Assembly: GCF_964355755.1 (NCBI RefSeq)
Contig: NC_092670.1
Location: 24,476,795 to 24,540,794 of the forward strand
Source of the DNA: Antedon mediterranea
Lineage: Eukaryota; Animalia; Echinodermata
Reading direction: 5' to 3'
Length of the DNA: 64,000 nt
The notes beneath the pieces were generated by a model, which saw nothing but the letters and a program-made list of their open reading frames with translations, had not been told where the DNA came from and searched no databases. Of this stretch, positions 12,868-27,149 are shown one piece after another. Position numbers and translations under genes: made by a program. How positions within the stretch are numbered: the first letter of the stretch is position 1; every line of letters starts with the position of its first letter.

Positions 12868-14913
12868 TATAAATTAAACAGATTAAGTAAGTTAAAATAG
12901 TATATGTTCCTTGTGCCTTATTAAATAATGTTAAAGTCTTGTGCCTTATATTTGAATAAAGTTTGAAGAATGTATCTTTCGATCTAACGATTATTTTCTT
13001 GTTGTTTGTAGAGGCTATTTGCAACTGTTGAGAAAAAAACCAAACATGGATGTATTTATATAAATTAAAACATAAATTGGATATTTTATATAAATTAAAT
13101 CTTTTTCTTGATCTTTTCTTGTTATTTGTAGAGGCTACTTGATTTAACTGTTGAGTAAAAAAACATGTTAGGGCTTATAGGCTACTGTATATAGTGTAAA
13201 ATACGATATAATTTACAGACACATAATAAAAGCTATAGGCTAACTACAGCAGTAGTTTTTTGTTTGTTTTTATCAAACACAGTGAAATACAAAACAATTG
13301 GCACAATGACACGAACAATAGAAGCCTCAACAAGCCTGGCACACCCAGCCCAACATATTGACTAACACCCCTATAAATAATAATGGAATAGTCCTATATT
13401 CAAATACATGCCGAAAACTCGGGTTGATCCCTGATTCAACCTAAAGCCATAGAAATGTAAACTAAAATATGCGTAGTGCATGAATATAGAGTAACAGTAA
13501 CATTTCTAGTTTTTAATCTTTCTCAGTTTACTTTTAATAATGCTTTGTTTTTTTACGTTTTGTTTTATATTTGAAGATATCAAATTTGTCAGTGGTTTGT
13601 CATGACAAATTATACTTTTTAAATATTTTTTTAAATGGTTTTTATGTATATTTTTTTTAAAATATAATTATGTTTATTTACTCTTGTTGCACATCTCCCT
13701 CATTGAGACTGTGCCTCTGATAAAGAGATACAAAAAAATTCATAACATAATTAACTGTACGCCACATTAAATCTTTAAAAAAAAGTTTATATAAACTTTA
13801 GATTCTATCATCAAAACACTTCCCCTATTATGATCAAATCATCTTTCATGTAAACTTGGCCTATTTTTCAGAAATGAATATCCTTATAGTAATACGATGA
13901 GTGGTAAGTTCAGAGCTTGGGATTTTTTTAGGAAACAATGAGTTTGAAAGAATCCCAATTTGATTGGTCAAAATTATCGCTACTTATACGTCCGCTATAG
14001 ATGGCGCTTTTTTTCATACAGATAACTACATAAACAGAACACAATTGTTAAAGAATAATTAATAATATTAAAGAACCAATTCTTTTAATTATTCCTTGTC
14101 TAAAAATTGTCCCCATGTATGGCAAGATATTCCTAATTTTATCGTACTTCATCTTTAATTGTCTGTACACACGAACCATGTTATCTGTATATTTAAATGA
14201 TTGTTCACACAATTTATTATATCTTATGTATTTTTATTGTTTTACTAAGTTTTATGATTGAAATGCAGTATAGATAACCAATTCGATAGTGCTTAGCACT
14301 CAAGAAAGGAAATCCCCAGGTTGCTTTTTTGCGTTGTTTGACTGCATGAAAATTTAATAAAATAATTCTGTTCGATCCTTTTCCTTCATCTATATGGCTT
14401 GTGTTTTTGTAATTTCTGTGTGCATGCTATACATGTTGGCTTCGTCTATGAATTTGTTACCGATTGGCTATTTCCTTTGATTGTTAATGCGTTGGTGGTT
14501 GGTTACAATCAGGCCTGCATATTATTTTTCAAAATTATAACATTTTAAATTTTGTTGTAAATTGATGCTTTCAATAATGATTGTAGATCATTTTCACTAT
14601 TTCCAATGAGAATTATATCGTCGGCCAAGAATGAGTCTTTTTATCAATAAAAAATATTAATCTCTTTCTCTTTGAAATCTTTTGTAAGTTCATTTATATA
14701 TAATATTAACAGAATTAGAGAGAGAGAGACAACCTTTGTGGGTTGAAAAAAATGGATAATTTTCAATATAAATCCAAATTACTGAAAAAAAGACAATGTT
14801 GTGGGTATCAGTGTGGCTGTGGGTATCAGTGGCTTGATCTTAATAAAGATACAAAATAATATAAACAAAAAGCTAAATCTAAACGATACAATTTAAACAA
14901 CTATACAAAATTA

Positions 14914-14968
14914 GCAGAGCTTTCGGGCAAAACTAGCCCTTCATCAGTGTGTAGAAATCAAGCGCTGC
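14914..14968 (-). ncRNA. Second copy of the hammerhead ribozyme-like motif
   Basis: Identical to 11601-11655. Lies downstream of a decayed ORF end resembling the Penelope GIY-YIG terminus (W..TLKT...F.LNI) at ~15170-15230. Confidence 0.65.
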
Positions 14969-15849
14969 CTGAGTGGACTGGAATAAAAGAAATAAAACAA
15001 AAGAGGCATAATGCTGGTGAAAAGAGTGAGATTAGAAAACAATAAAGATAGCTTGGTATATATAAACAATTTAGAAATTGAATTAAAAATCAACTCAAAT
15101 GGTGGTTAATATTGAAACATTAAATTTAGGTAGTCGATGGAATAATTTTACCGATCTGGGAATATGTTCCTAATGTTAAGTCAAAATATTTCGTGGTTTT
15201 AAGTAGTAATTCCAAGTGGTTTTCATGGTCTGCCCTGTCGTGAAAGAACGTCTCAATTGACACATTTTAAAAAAGCTTTTTGGGCAATTTAGGGAATGAT
15301 ACACCTTGTGGTGCATTCGGATTTTCAATTACTTGCAATTATTGTTCATTCCGGATGATAACAAAAACACGTTTGGTTGATTATCTGAAAATTATGCAGT
15401 ATGCAGTTGAGAGGTTATTTCATGACGGGGCAGAAATATAGGCTAATAATAATTTGTTTTGCACAATGCATGGTTAATATTAAACATCTTTTTTTATGCA
15501 AGTCTTCCTTATTACTTTCATTTAAACAAAACACAATTAAGTCACCTATGTGCGCTCACTTTGCTTTTTCACTTTGCAATGTTATCGATAACTTTAAACG
15601 AAGGGAGCCAACCGAAGCGCACCCGCATCATTTGGACGCAATCATAATGGGTTTTTGGACCGATGTCTTATTAACGTTCCCTTTTGTAATGAAAATTATG
15701 TATAAAGGGTTTTTTTTCGGACCGACATAAAAGTAATTCGAGATTCATGACATTTTTCGTTCTTTAATTTTTAAATGCCAAGGAGAACTAAAATTAGCAA
15801 AAGTATAGTCACGCGAGGGTTTATGAGTGCTATAGGATGCAAGTACAGC

Positions 15850-16945
15850 ACGTTAGTAAATCAGGAAAGGTATGGATGATTTGTATAATGATATTGTTTG
15901 TGCTCTATCTAGTGCCTCCAAAATGTGTTTTAAAAATAAGAAAATAAAAAATGGGACCCACATTCCAGGGTGGAATGAAAATGTCGCAGAATGCCATAAT
16001 GTGGCTAGAGAATCATTCCTTCTATGGGTTAATAATGGAAAGCCTAAATATGGTTCATTATTTGAGGCGATGCATTTTAAATGACAAGATCTCAATATAA
16101 AATGAGTTTACGCTAGTGTAAATCAGAAGAAGAACAGCATAGGGCTGATTCTATGGTTAAGTTTTTATTAAAAAATGATTATGCTGATTTGTGGAAAAGG
16201 TTTATAAGTCTAAATCATGTACTCCTGTTCTTACTTCTTCTTTCTTGGAAATTTAAGAAATACTTACAGAATCTTTGGATAATGTTAATGGTGAATATGA
16301 TAATTATAAGTAACCACTGGGCAGCTCATTTTGAGGAGCTGTTTAATTGTGTTCATAATGATAGTAATAAGGATTATGTTCACAGTATACTTGTTAATTG
16401 TAATGATGATTGTGGTTGTGAGGTAAATGTCCAACAGGTAGCGGGCATTATTAAAGATTTATCTAGTGATAAATTGTTCCGATTTTAAAATCTAAATCAG
16501 GTGATATTACGAGTAAAAGCAATTAGGCCTATAGCTTTAGCGGGTGTGGTATCTAAGGTACTAGAATTTGTATTAATTAAATTGTCCGGAGATAGTCTTA
16601 AGTCATCTGACCATCAGTTTGCGTTTAAATCGGGTCACTCCACAGATACATGTATATTAGTCTTAAAACAAGTTGTTGCATTTTATAGTCGGCAAAATAG
16701 CCCTGTATATGCTTGCTTTCTTGATGCCTCTAAGGCATATGACAGATTAAATAACTGGACTCTTTTTTAAAAATTGTTAAACAGAAAGATGCCAACCGCA
16801 ATTGTAAAATTGTTATCGTGTTGGTACTCACAGCAACAGTTTTGTATTAAATGGGGAAGATCTATCTCCCGATGGTTCTATGTAAGAAACGGAGTGCGAC
16901 AGGGTGGAATCATGTATCCGTTACTGTATAATGTTTACATTTCCC
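15850..16945 (+). mobile_element. Decayed non-LTR retrotransposon RT fragment (RTE-X-like, clade uncertain)
   Basis: IPGWNE..ARESFLLW..GKP, RPIAL..SKVLE, QFAFK.GHST, CFLDASKAYDR, NGVRQGGI; broken by stops and frameshifts. Confidence 0.85.
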
Positions 16946-19534
16946 AAGAACCAGTGGGAATATTAAAAGAAAGCCGATCACGTTTACTAACATCTTTTAA
17001 ACGGAGTTTTGGACGACGATATCAAATGCCTGTTGCCACTGAATTGGACTGTGACTTTCATATCTTGTTTTTACGTGATATTAGGATTTATTGCTAAAAA
17101 TCATATACAGTATAACCAAAGTTAAATATAAACTATGAAATATGAGTCTATAAAACATTTTAACTAACGCTTGAACTTTTTTTAAATTAATGTGATTGTA
17201 AATAGGGGCCTACCTGATTTGTATTAAAATGTTTCTATAATTATCAATTATTCCTTATATTCATCTGAATATAAAACAAAAGTCTACTTCCGAATTGGCA
17301 GGGTCGGAGTCACTATAATGTAATTAGCTACCCCATTTGGACGGAAAATAATAATAATAATAACGTTCAAATTACTAATATAATGTTCAGATACTTTAGT
17401 CTAATACCACCTCAGCCCGACCATGGGTTTGGTTAGAGCATTTTTTAGGAATATGGACATAGCTTAGATTGCTAGCAATTTCACTATTAACTCTTGATAA
17501 TATCACAGATAAGTTTAAAGTTTTAAAAAACCGCTGATTATAGTTTCAAGCAATAAATAGATAGGACTGGACATGCCCTCTAGAGTAAAACTAGGTAAAA
17601 CTATAGGAATCCATCCCAAAAACGTATTGGATTTGTTTCCGTTTAAAAAACTTTTCATTTACAATAATTTTTAGTTCATACATTAAATGCCAAGGAAAAC
17701 TAAATTTAGCAATATTATTTGTTTAGGGGTGCAAATAAAAGTGAAAACTATAGACAAGATGTAAAGTAGTCTAATGTACCGTTTCTTCGATAATCTTAAT
17801 TTTACCTAAATACCTATACTTTTATTCAGACATTCCGGATTTTTAATCCTCTAAAAAATAATGTTAGCTAAAAGTAAGAGTGCATTGCCTGGTCTATATT
17901 CCTGAAAAAAGTTTTGTCGTCTCTCGATTTTATGATGCTGTGTCCGATTCTATAAATACGTTTTATATTAACACTGGCAGTATTTATCTATATTAACGAA
18001 CACATCCCTTTTTACTTTCCGTACTTTTGAACCTTCTGAACATAGTCTGGTTATACTGAGATTGTTTATCTAATTGAATTCGTATCATATATTACGTAAT
18101 ATTAGGATATATTGCTAAAAATCAAGAAGTAAATAATTGTTCGGGTTGAGTGCTATAGGATAGAATTACAGTTATGAAAAATGTAACGAACAATACACTT
18201 TAGAAGTTGTTTGAATCCCATCTAGTCTACACGCTTTAAACTATTTTAATTTGATCGTAAATACCTATATTCGTGTCATTGATATTACACGATTGCGACA
18301 TGAATTTTCATCAAAGTATCATACATTAAAAGTTATGCTGGTGATTGTAAATGAAAGCTCTTTTAAATGGCAACCATATACCATACGTTTCTTATAGACC
18401 TAATCCGTTAGAAAATTAAAATACTTTTAAAACTTTTAATTTGCATCTCCTATTTAGGCATCAAAACTTATTGTCTGTTGTCCCTTAGATGAAAACCAGG
18501 CAATCTAGCACCAAAATAATTTCGTAATTATATACTGTAGGCCTAGTGTATATATTAATATAAATCACTCGAATAATGACAATACAAGTTATTGCCTATT
18601 CCCTATCGAAGTTAAAAGTTCTTCTGTATGACTAAGATACAGTCACTAAAGGCAATATTGTATGTATGTTACCTATTAAATACAAGCCCGTACTTCATCA
18701 TTCAACATAATTAATAATTTCGCCATGCAAACTTCGAAGTGTTTTTTTGTATACTTTACTAAGTACTTTCCATGTATTTTAAATAGTCAATTAAGCTAAG
18801 AATATAGAGCACCGTGTTTTTATAGGTTCAGCTTTTAAATGTGTCTCGTTGTGTGCTTTGCATCTGTTTAAAAAAAAATCGTCACATTTGTCTTAGCTTT
18901 CGGAGTCAAAAATCTCGAATGACTTTTATGTCGGTCGAACAAATTTATTATGATGAACTCGTATGTTGATTCTCTCTCTCGGACAACATCTTTATAAAAC
19001 TGGCTAATCGTATCTCAGCGGTATCAGGTCGGCTGTCTTCGTTTTGCTTCTAGATATCGCATTAAGCTATTAGTAGGCCTACCTGACATAACCGAGCTAT
19101 CAAAAAGCGAACTTCAATAACAGAGGTGACTTATTTGTCCCAAATTTAGTTGAGAATGTTTTAAGGCCTAAACGAATTATTATTACAAAATTTAGTGGGC
19201 CTATATTATAAAGTGATTGGTTTAATGAAATTAATAACAAAGACTCGAATTAAAAAGTACAGTATAATTAATCATGCACGTGTAAAACAAATTATTATAT
19301 TAGCCTATATTTTAATGCCAACACTTTTCCAATACGTGCTTAAATTGGCTTTGCTTGTTGCTTCATAGAAAATCATAACCAATTAATTGTCTAACCAAAA
19401 ATGTCATTTATCTCATACACTGTAATATTTGTAGTGAGTGGTAAAAACCAAAACACTCTCCGTATGAGAATGACACAGAGATCAGCTATAAAAAACATTA
19501 AAGTTTTTCTGTAACCGAAATGTTAATTCAACCT

Positions 19535-21875
19535 ACTTGCAGAAATCGCACAGGACTTTTAATGTAGTCCTGTTGCTTTCAAAAATCATGTCGCAATCGT
19601 TTAATATCTTATATCAATGACACGAACATATTAGGTTGTCAAATGGAGCGACAAAACTCGCAAAGACAAAAAAACACTTGGAATTACTACTTAAAGCCAC
19701 AAAACTGTTTGATCTTAACATTAACATACTCCCAGATCAGTAAAATTATTCCATCGACTACCTAAGTTTAAGGTTCAATATTAACCACCATTTGAGTTGC
19801 TTTTTTTTTAGATACAATCCTAATTGTTTATATCTACCAAGCTATCTTCATTGTTTTCAGCTTGTGCCTTGATCCTTTGTTTTTATTTCTTTATTCCAGT
19901 CCACTCAGGCAGTGCTTGTTTGCTTCACATTCTCAATTTTGTCCTTTCACTTATAAAGGGCTAGTGGATTTATATTTAATGTTTTTTTAAATTTCTGTTG
20001 TTTTAACTCACATAATGTCTAAAAGATCGCAATAATAATGAAGCTTTTGAAATGGATGTAAAATATTCATATTCTCAATTTTGTAAAAGCACTTCCACTG
20101 ATATAGTATATTATCCTATTAATTAAATATGACAAGTTGTACAGGTAGTTTCAGTTTTTATTTTCTATTGTTTTTGTATATTTTTTTTTTAAAGTAATTG
20201 TGTTGCTTAAATCATGGAGGTATAAACATATTTTGATATGCTTAAATGTTGTATGTGTGCCACTGTTAAATATGTGTTGCTCCAAATAAATATTATTATA
20301 TTATTATTACAAGGTACAGTATTCATTTCTGAAAATTATATACATAAAAGATGATTTGATCATACAGGAAATTGTTTGAAGATAGAATTTAAAGTTTAGA
20401 TTTAACTTGTTTTAAAGATTTAATGTGGCTATACTTTGATATATTATAAACGAATTTAACAAAACTCTTTGAAATTTATAATTCTATTGAGCCTATATGC
20501 ATGGTACGGTCACTGTTACTCTTTATTCATTGATTTAAAATTCAGGTTAGACTTTTAATTAGAAAGAAATAAACACACCAGGGTTAAAAGGGTTAAATAA
20601 TCCATAATTAAGCGATATATCTACACTGTGAGACACAAAATGCTTTCATAAAATTACACATTTATACCTTTACTTAATAATAATATTTTATAATAATTCA
20701 TTTTAACGGCACTACGCCTACATGATGATCATGGGTAGCTAATGGTATGGGGTTCCGACCCTGTATGCCACTTTTGGAAGTGTTTATATTGATGTTGCAA
20801 ACAATTTCATTATCAAAATTTATATGTAGAAGACAAAACTGATTAATTAGTGTGCATGATGCATATAAGAAGTAATTACTGAAAACTATCATTGTAGTAC
20901 ATTTTTTATAGTATTAGTAGTACTTTATAGTATAAAGGGTGTATAAAGTTGTGCCTTTTCAAGCATGATTTGAGTGATATTTGTTTTTGGGGTTGGCAAA
21001 TATTGCGACAAAATTGTAATGTCCTTGACGTTATTAATGCCTAATTTCCGTGACAGAGATAAACCCTTATATCAATAACATATCATTGGGGGTTTTTTTT
21101 GATCTAATGTGATATAAAGGGATAATCGCAGAAACAGCACAGAACTCCGAATTCCTAAAAATGCTCTAACCATTAGTCCCAATCATAGTCGAGCTGACGT
21201 GGGTTTGGACTTCCAAATATACACAACCTTAAATTACCACTAAATTTCAAAAACGTTGCGCCGGTTCTGAATATTATATCTAATCTGAATGATATAGGCC
21301 TAAATGAATAATACTGATACTTGCAGAAACCGCAAAGAACGTTCAATGTATTGCATTCAAAAGACATGTCGCATTCGTGTAATATCTTATATCAATGACA
21401 CGAACATATTAGGTTGTCAAAAGAAAAAAAAAAACTTGGAATTACTACTTAAAGCCACAAAACTGTTTGATCTTAACATTAACATACTCCCAGATCGGTA
21501 AAATTATTCCATCGACTACCTAAGTTTAAGGTTCAATATTAACCACCATTTGAGTTGTTTTTTTTTAGATACATTCCTAATTGTTTATATCTACCAAGCT
21601 ATCTTCATTGTTTTCAGCTTGTGCCTTGATCCTTTGTTTTTATTTCTTTATTCCAGTTCACTCAGGCAGTGCTTGTTTGCTTCATATTCTCAATTTTGTT
21701 CTTTCACTTATAAAAGACTAGTGGATTTATATTTAAATGTTTTTTTAATTTTCTGTTTTTTAACTCACATAATGTCTAAAAGATCGCAATAATAATGAAG
21801 CTTTTGAAATGGATGTAAAATATTCATATTCTCAATTTTGTAAAAGCACTTCCACTGATATAGGGCTAGTGTTGC
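19535..21875 (+). repeat. Direct repeat pair (~19535-20105 and ~21320-21860) of Penelope-like 3' end sequence
   Basis: Near-identical ~550-bp blocks, homologous in inverted orientation to 11620-11915. Degenerate hammerhead CACTGATATAGGGCTAGTGTTGCCC at ~21855. Confidence 0.75.
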
Positions 21876-23518
21876 CCATAATATTAATAATAATAATTTA
21901 TTTGGAGATTACACTTTTACAACAGTGGCACTCGACCAAATGGAAGGTGCATCCATATATTATCCTAATTAAATACGATTTAATGTGGCTTTACTTTTAT
22001 ATATTATAATAATATTTTATAATTATTCATTTTAACGGCACTTTGATAAAACAATGTTATATATCATACTATTGCACCTTTATTCATGGGGTGACCTACT
22101 ATAACCTTACACTATTATGGAAAAAAAGAAAAAAAAACCAAATAAGAATTGTGAAAGTTAACCCAATGTATCACAGGTGTGACTTGGCTACACAATTGAA
22201 AAATTCATTATATAATAATATCATGTGCATGCAAAAACAAAATTGTATTATTAAATGTGCATATCATTTATTTGTCCAATATAATTTTATATATTAGTTT
22301 AATTTATTTTTCTAACGCCTAGTTTGACAGGCCAACTTTGAAATTGAAATAATCTTTTCGTTCGACACAATATTTCAGAGATACGTGAACATTTGATGAT
22401 GGTCTATCCGATATGACTTTGTTTTTTTGTACATAAAAAGTGGACAATTTTGGTTTAGATCAATGAATGCTTAAAATTGTTTTTTTTTTGTGCTATATTT
22501 TTCAAGTTGATATCTGGAATACTATCAACGCTTTTATCTTATAATACGCGATATATTCATATTTTTTTACAAGAAAATAAAGTATTGATCACTAGCTTGT
22601 TTTTATGTATTTAATAACTATTCTAAGTTCATTTTAAATAGGCGTATGTTTATATTTTAATGATTCATGGTAAACAATTATAAACAGCTTCAATATTACA
22701 CAGTAGGTTATTCAAAAGAGACGCACAATTTATACGGACGTGTTTTTAACGACAAAATTGACCAATCAAAATGGAAATAGTCAAAATACAATAATTTTAT
22801 GTTCATTGGCTACCCCACCAACAACCTAAACTTCAAATAATAAAAGATCCCTGTAATACTGTATTTAAAAAAAAGCATATTTGCAACCGAAATTTCTTAT
22901 TTTATAAATATAATATAAATTTACAATTATACAAAACAATATACAACTGCTTATAAAAAAGGAATTTAATTCAAGAATTTTAATTTAGTTAAAATATCAG
23001 GATTTCTTACTTCAATTTGATGTTTCCTTTAGAGGCGCTAAACTTTTGAATATATGATTTATTTATTTTTTGGTCATATGTTTTTTATATCATGTTATTA
23101 TGTTATGTGCAAATAAAGTATTTACATAGTTGATATATATATATATATATTATGCAGTGTAGCATAGGTGAAATTACGGGAGCCCAATATGAATTAGTTT
23201 GAAATGGTAAAAATTATTTTACTACAGTATAAGTAGATTAAAATATATAAGTTAATCTATGAAAATGATTATATATTACTGGCAGATTTTATCGATCTCT
23301 ATCGTGCAAATAATACTCGTTATCGATATGAAATACGATTTGCACTTGAGTTTTTCTTCCTGCTGATCTGTAGCTTTAGTATAAACAATGTGAACAATGC
23401 CCAAACAGGGAGTTGACTAATAACTCCCTGGCCCAAATAAAAGATCGTAACAGTGTGAAAGTGCGTCACTCGTCACCCAACATTGTTTGTGATCACTTCG
23501 TTATCGCATTTGATAAAA

Positions 23519-26500
23519 ATGGACTGGAGGTTTTGTGTAGAGGAAGACAACATTGCTTATCTAATAATTAATAACACTAGGGCAATAAAGCATTCTGATG
23601 GTGAAAAGTTAGGCAAGGTTATAAAATTTACCAAAACAACTAAAGGCAAAAACTGGCTTAAGGTAAGATTGTTGTGTTCTTCTAAATAATATAATTTTCT
23701 TTTAATGTTTTTAGGGAACCATTCTTCACCAGTCTTATTACTTTATAAAGATGTTTTATTTTCCATTTTGCAGTTTTAAAAAGTGTTTCAAGCCACGCAA
23801 TTATTAGTTTTATCAGTATTTTCCCAGGGGCACAATCTTCAGCTGTTTAATAGGCCTATTATATTTGGATTTTATAGGCTTTCTGATTATAATATATATT
23901 ATGATTTATTCGATTATTTATTTCATCTAATTAATTGAAATGTTGTTTCAGGCCTAAAACTAAATTGTAATATATCTTTACTATAGGACCATTGATACTA
24001 ATTTTGTTGACCATTTTTTTAACATTAAAGTTTTATATATGATTTAAAAAATGCATTTTCATCAAGAGCACCAACACTGAATATTAGGGTGTAGTGTGTA
24101 GACTTAACAACTATATAAATTTCTATGTTTAGTTATTTATTTAATTAAAAACAAATTTGCAATACTATAGATTGTTACAGAAGAAAGCGACTGTAGTAGT
24201 ACGCTTGCTGCAACCAAAGTATTGTGGAGCAAATTCAAACCGGACGAAAATTGCCCATTTTGCAAATGCAAGACAATTGACGACCTTACCAAAACATTGC
24301 AAACATTACGAAAGCGAAAAGCTCAAGATGCTGAAAACGTAACTACAAAGAGAACAAGAATTAACATAAAGACAATCGACGAAACAATCAAAGAAAAGAT
24401 CATTGGTTAGTATATGAAACAATTGTTATTGAAGTTACATACTGTACCATGCCCCATGGACAAGAATAATTATTATCTGCTTTTGTTTTACTGTAGTTTA
24501 CAATTAAACAAACGTTACTGTTTTATATTTTTTCAAATGTTTTGTTGAATATGTCACATAATAGTTATTCACTTTGATCTTGGATAACAAAAACTGTAAT
24601 TTTAAACATAACTCACAATAACTATAGGCCTAATCATGATTAGATTTAATGTATCTACAATTCGTTACGTTAAATTAGTATAATCTGGCTAGATAAGTAA
24701 TTATACGTACTAGGCCTATTAAAATATAAAGCGGATGAACACATTTTTCGAAGATGAACGAACTACAGATATTTTGAACACAGGTTTTAACTTCTTATAG
24801 TTACTCTATTTTCTATTTGTTTTATTGTTATTTAAGTTTCAAACAGTTATTATAAAACGCATAAATAGATTCCGGTCATTCGATTGGACAATTTTCTTTC
24901 ACATGACTACTACTAGCCTTGCAAACCCAGACCTAGCCCGGATGCTAACATACACTAGGCCTAACCTTCCTAGATATTGTGCAAAATACCTATATAAATT
25001 CAAAATTAACTAAAATATAAAAAAATAACATGTGCAGGGTGATCTCCATGCACTCAAGCAGGCAGGGGGTGATGATGTCCTGACACTACCTAGGCCTAGA
25101 CTAAACGGCCTATACTGTATGGCAACGTTAAATTTTTAGGATATATATTGTTATTTAAAAAATAAAACTAATATTAAAATATAATGTCAATCATTTTTTG
25201 TAATTCATATAATTTAATAATGTATCCTTTTTCTGAAAATGTCCAACTTTGTATGTAAAACAATTTTTTAAAATGTTTTTTACTGATGTCGCAACTTGCA
25301 ATTACTGTGGAATTCCCCATTTTAGTAAAAAATAAAATTGGTTTTTAAATATGAAAATCCTATCATAATAATAATACAATGACATATTTATATTAAGTTG
25401 TTTCATATTTGAATTGTGAAATACAGGTAAATGATTTCACTAAATTGTAGTAGTAGGCTGACATTATTAGTCACCGACACCCAGATTAGCCAGGACATAA
25501 GATTACTACGATGCTTGATCTAAATCCTGGGGAGAATACTTCCTTGTTGTATAATCATAAGATGTAATATTTAACAAACTGTCATTTTACGTTTATAGGT
25601 CTAGTTGCTGTGCCAAGAAGTTCGATAGTAGCGCCGCCATCGGACTTACTACTTCGCAAGATCGACCAAGATTTTGTTTTAAAAATTCAAGAAACGCTTA
25701 CAAAGGACGGTCTGGTGAACACGATACTACCTGTATTGCTTAATAAAGAACATTACGATTTCTTTAACAAACAAGAATACGAGAAGTGTATTTTTTATTC
25801 ACTTGGCGGAAATCATTTAAGAACAGCACTGTCAACAATGAGTGAGAATATATTTAAACAATTAGAAGTGGCAGTCTATTTTGATCTAACAAAAACTGAA
25901 TCACTACGTGTGGCATCTCGACATAATTTCGTCACAGGTAATACTCACAAAGCAACTTTTGAAGACAACGTTGCAGTATGCCGTAACATTTTGCAAGATT
26001 ACAATGACAAAGATGCCAAAACGGCTTCGACATGGAGGAGAAAGTGTGCAGAGGCAATTGGCAAACAATCGTTCGAAAAAAAGGTATTATTAATATTATT
26101 TAAACATGTTATTTAGGACTCTAATATATAAAGTTGTAATTAATAATGTAATGGTGATATAATTAATAATAATGTTGTAATTCACTGAACTGCTAATTAA
26201 GCAACTAGTGACAAGGCATAGCAGAGAAGGTCACTTAGTTGTAAATTGCCTAGGATGGAATGGTAAATAATACATTTATACCATAACTCATAATAATCAT
26301 TCATTGATGTTAACCAAAAACATACCGCGTGACAATTGGGCATGTCGCTAGCTAAAATCCAATCAAATGGGAAAAATTCTTGTTCTTTGAGTCATTACTA
26401 TTGTCGTTTGTACAAACGACATTAATGAACTAACAAAATAATTTAATATTCAATTGAAATCTATTTTATTGTTATTATAATTACAGTGTTCAAGGAAATA

Positions 26501-27149
26501 ATTTTGCAACGGCGCAATTGTATAACCTTGCTCGAGAATGATGGGGAATCTGAATTAAGATCCAGATTAGTTCGTTTCAAAGAAGAAATTGAAAACAGCA
26601 TTCAGCTTGAAAATGGAGCCCAATCGGATGGTAAGTTTAAGTTAAATTAACTTTATTGTTTATCTATTGTCATGGATGCTAATACGAAGAACAATATACA
26701 AGCGATATTGTATACATTCAATTCGCAATACAATGCTGATGATTTGATGTTTGTAGTGCAATATACTGCTACTTTTTGTTCAGGAATTTTAAAACGGCAT
26801 ATTAAGCTGTATTCTCATAACTTGGACGGCATACTATGCTATCTGTATTGTAAACTTGTATAAACACAGCCCATGCATTTAATTTTTAATGAATATTCAT
26901 AATACCCATAATCAATTTCTGACCCAATTTGAAACATATAATAATACAAATTTAAAAAAAAAGATTCTCTATTTTAAAATTTTGTTTACACAGAGCTTCT
27001 AAAAAAATTATACAACTATTTAGAGGTCTATTAAATAATAGGGCCTTGGTTTATTCATCATTTCAGATGAGGACGACAGTACAGATGAGGAGGTTGAAGA
27101 TAATGCGGAGATGGCAAATGAGGAGGACGACTACACATTTCCGGGGTGA
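23519..27149 (+). CDS. Multi-exon ParB/Srx-like domain protein, probably internally deleted, with a possible DNA amino-methyltransferase C-terminal remnant
   Basis: Exons 23519-23662, 24171-24405 and 25599-26083 splice in phase and contain LLLRKIDQDFV..ILPVLL..YSLGGNHLRTAL (ParB-like GG.HR box). Exons 26487-26630 (RRNCITLLEND..LRSRL) and 27067-27149 (acidic tail, TGA) splice to each other but are out of phase with exon 3. Confidence 0.7.

Larger units (their letters stand above)
9710..13430 (+). mobile_element. Merlin (IS1595/ISXO2-like) DNA transposon, internally deleted and rearranged
   Basis: Long TIRs starting GGATCAACC.. / ..GGTTGATCC (>200 bp alignable). 8-bp TSD CTGATTTA / CTGATTCA. 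Internal transposase remnant. Confidence 0.85.

Noticed and set aside
26116-26132. Possible small exon restoring ParB-gene phase
   Set aside because: It needs a 33-nt intron and hits a stop after four codons (DSNI*).
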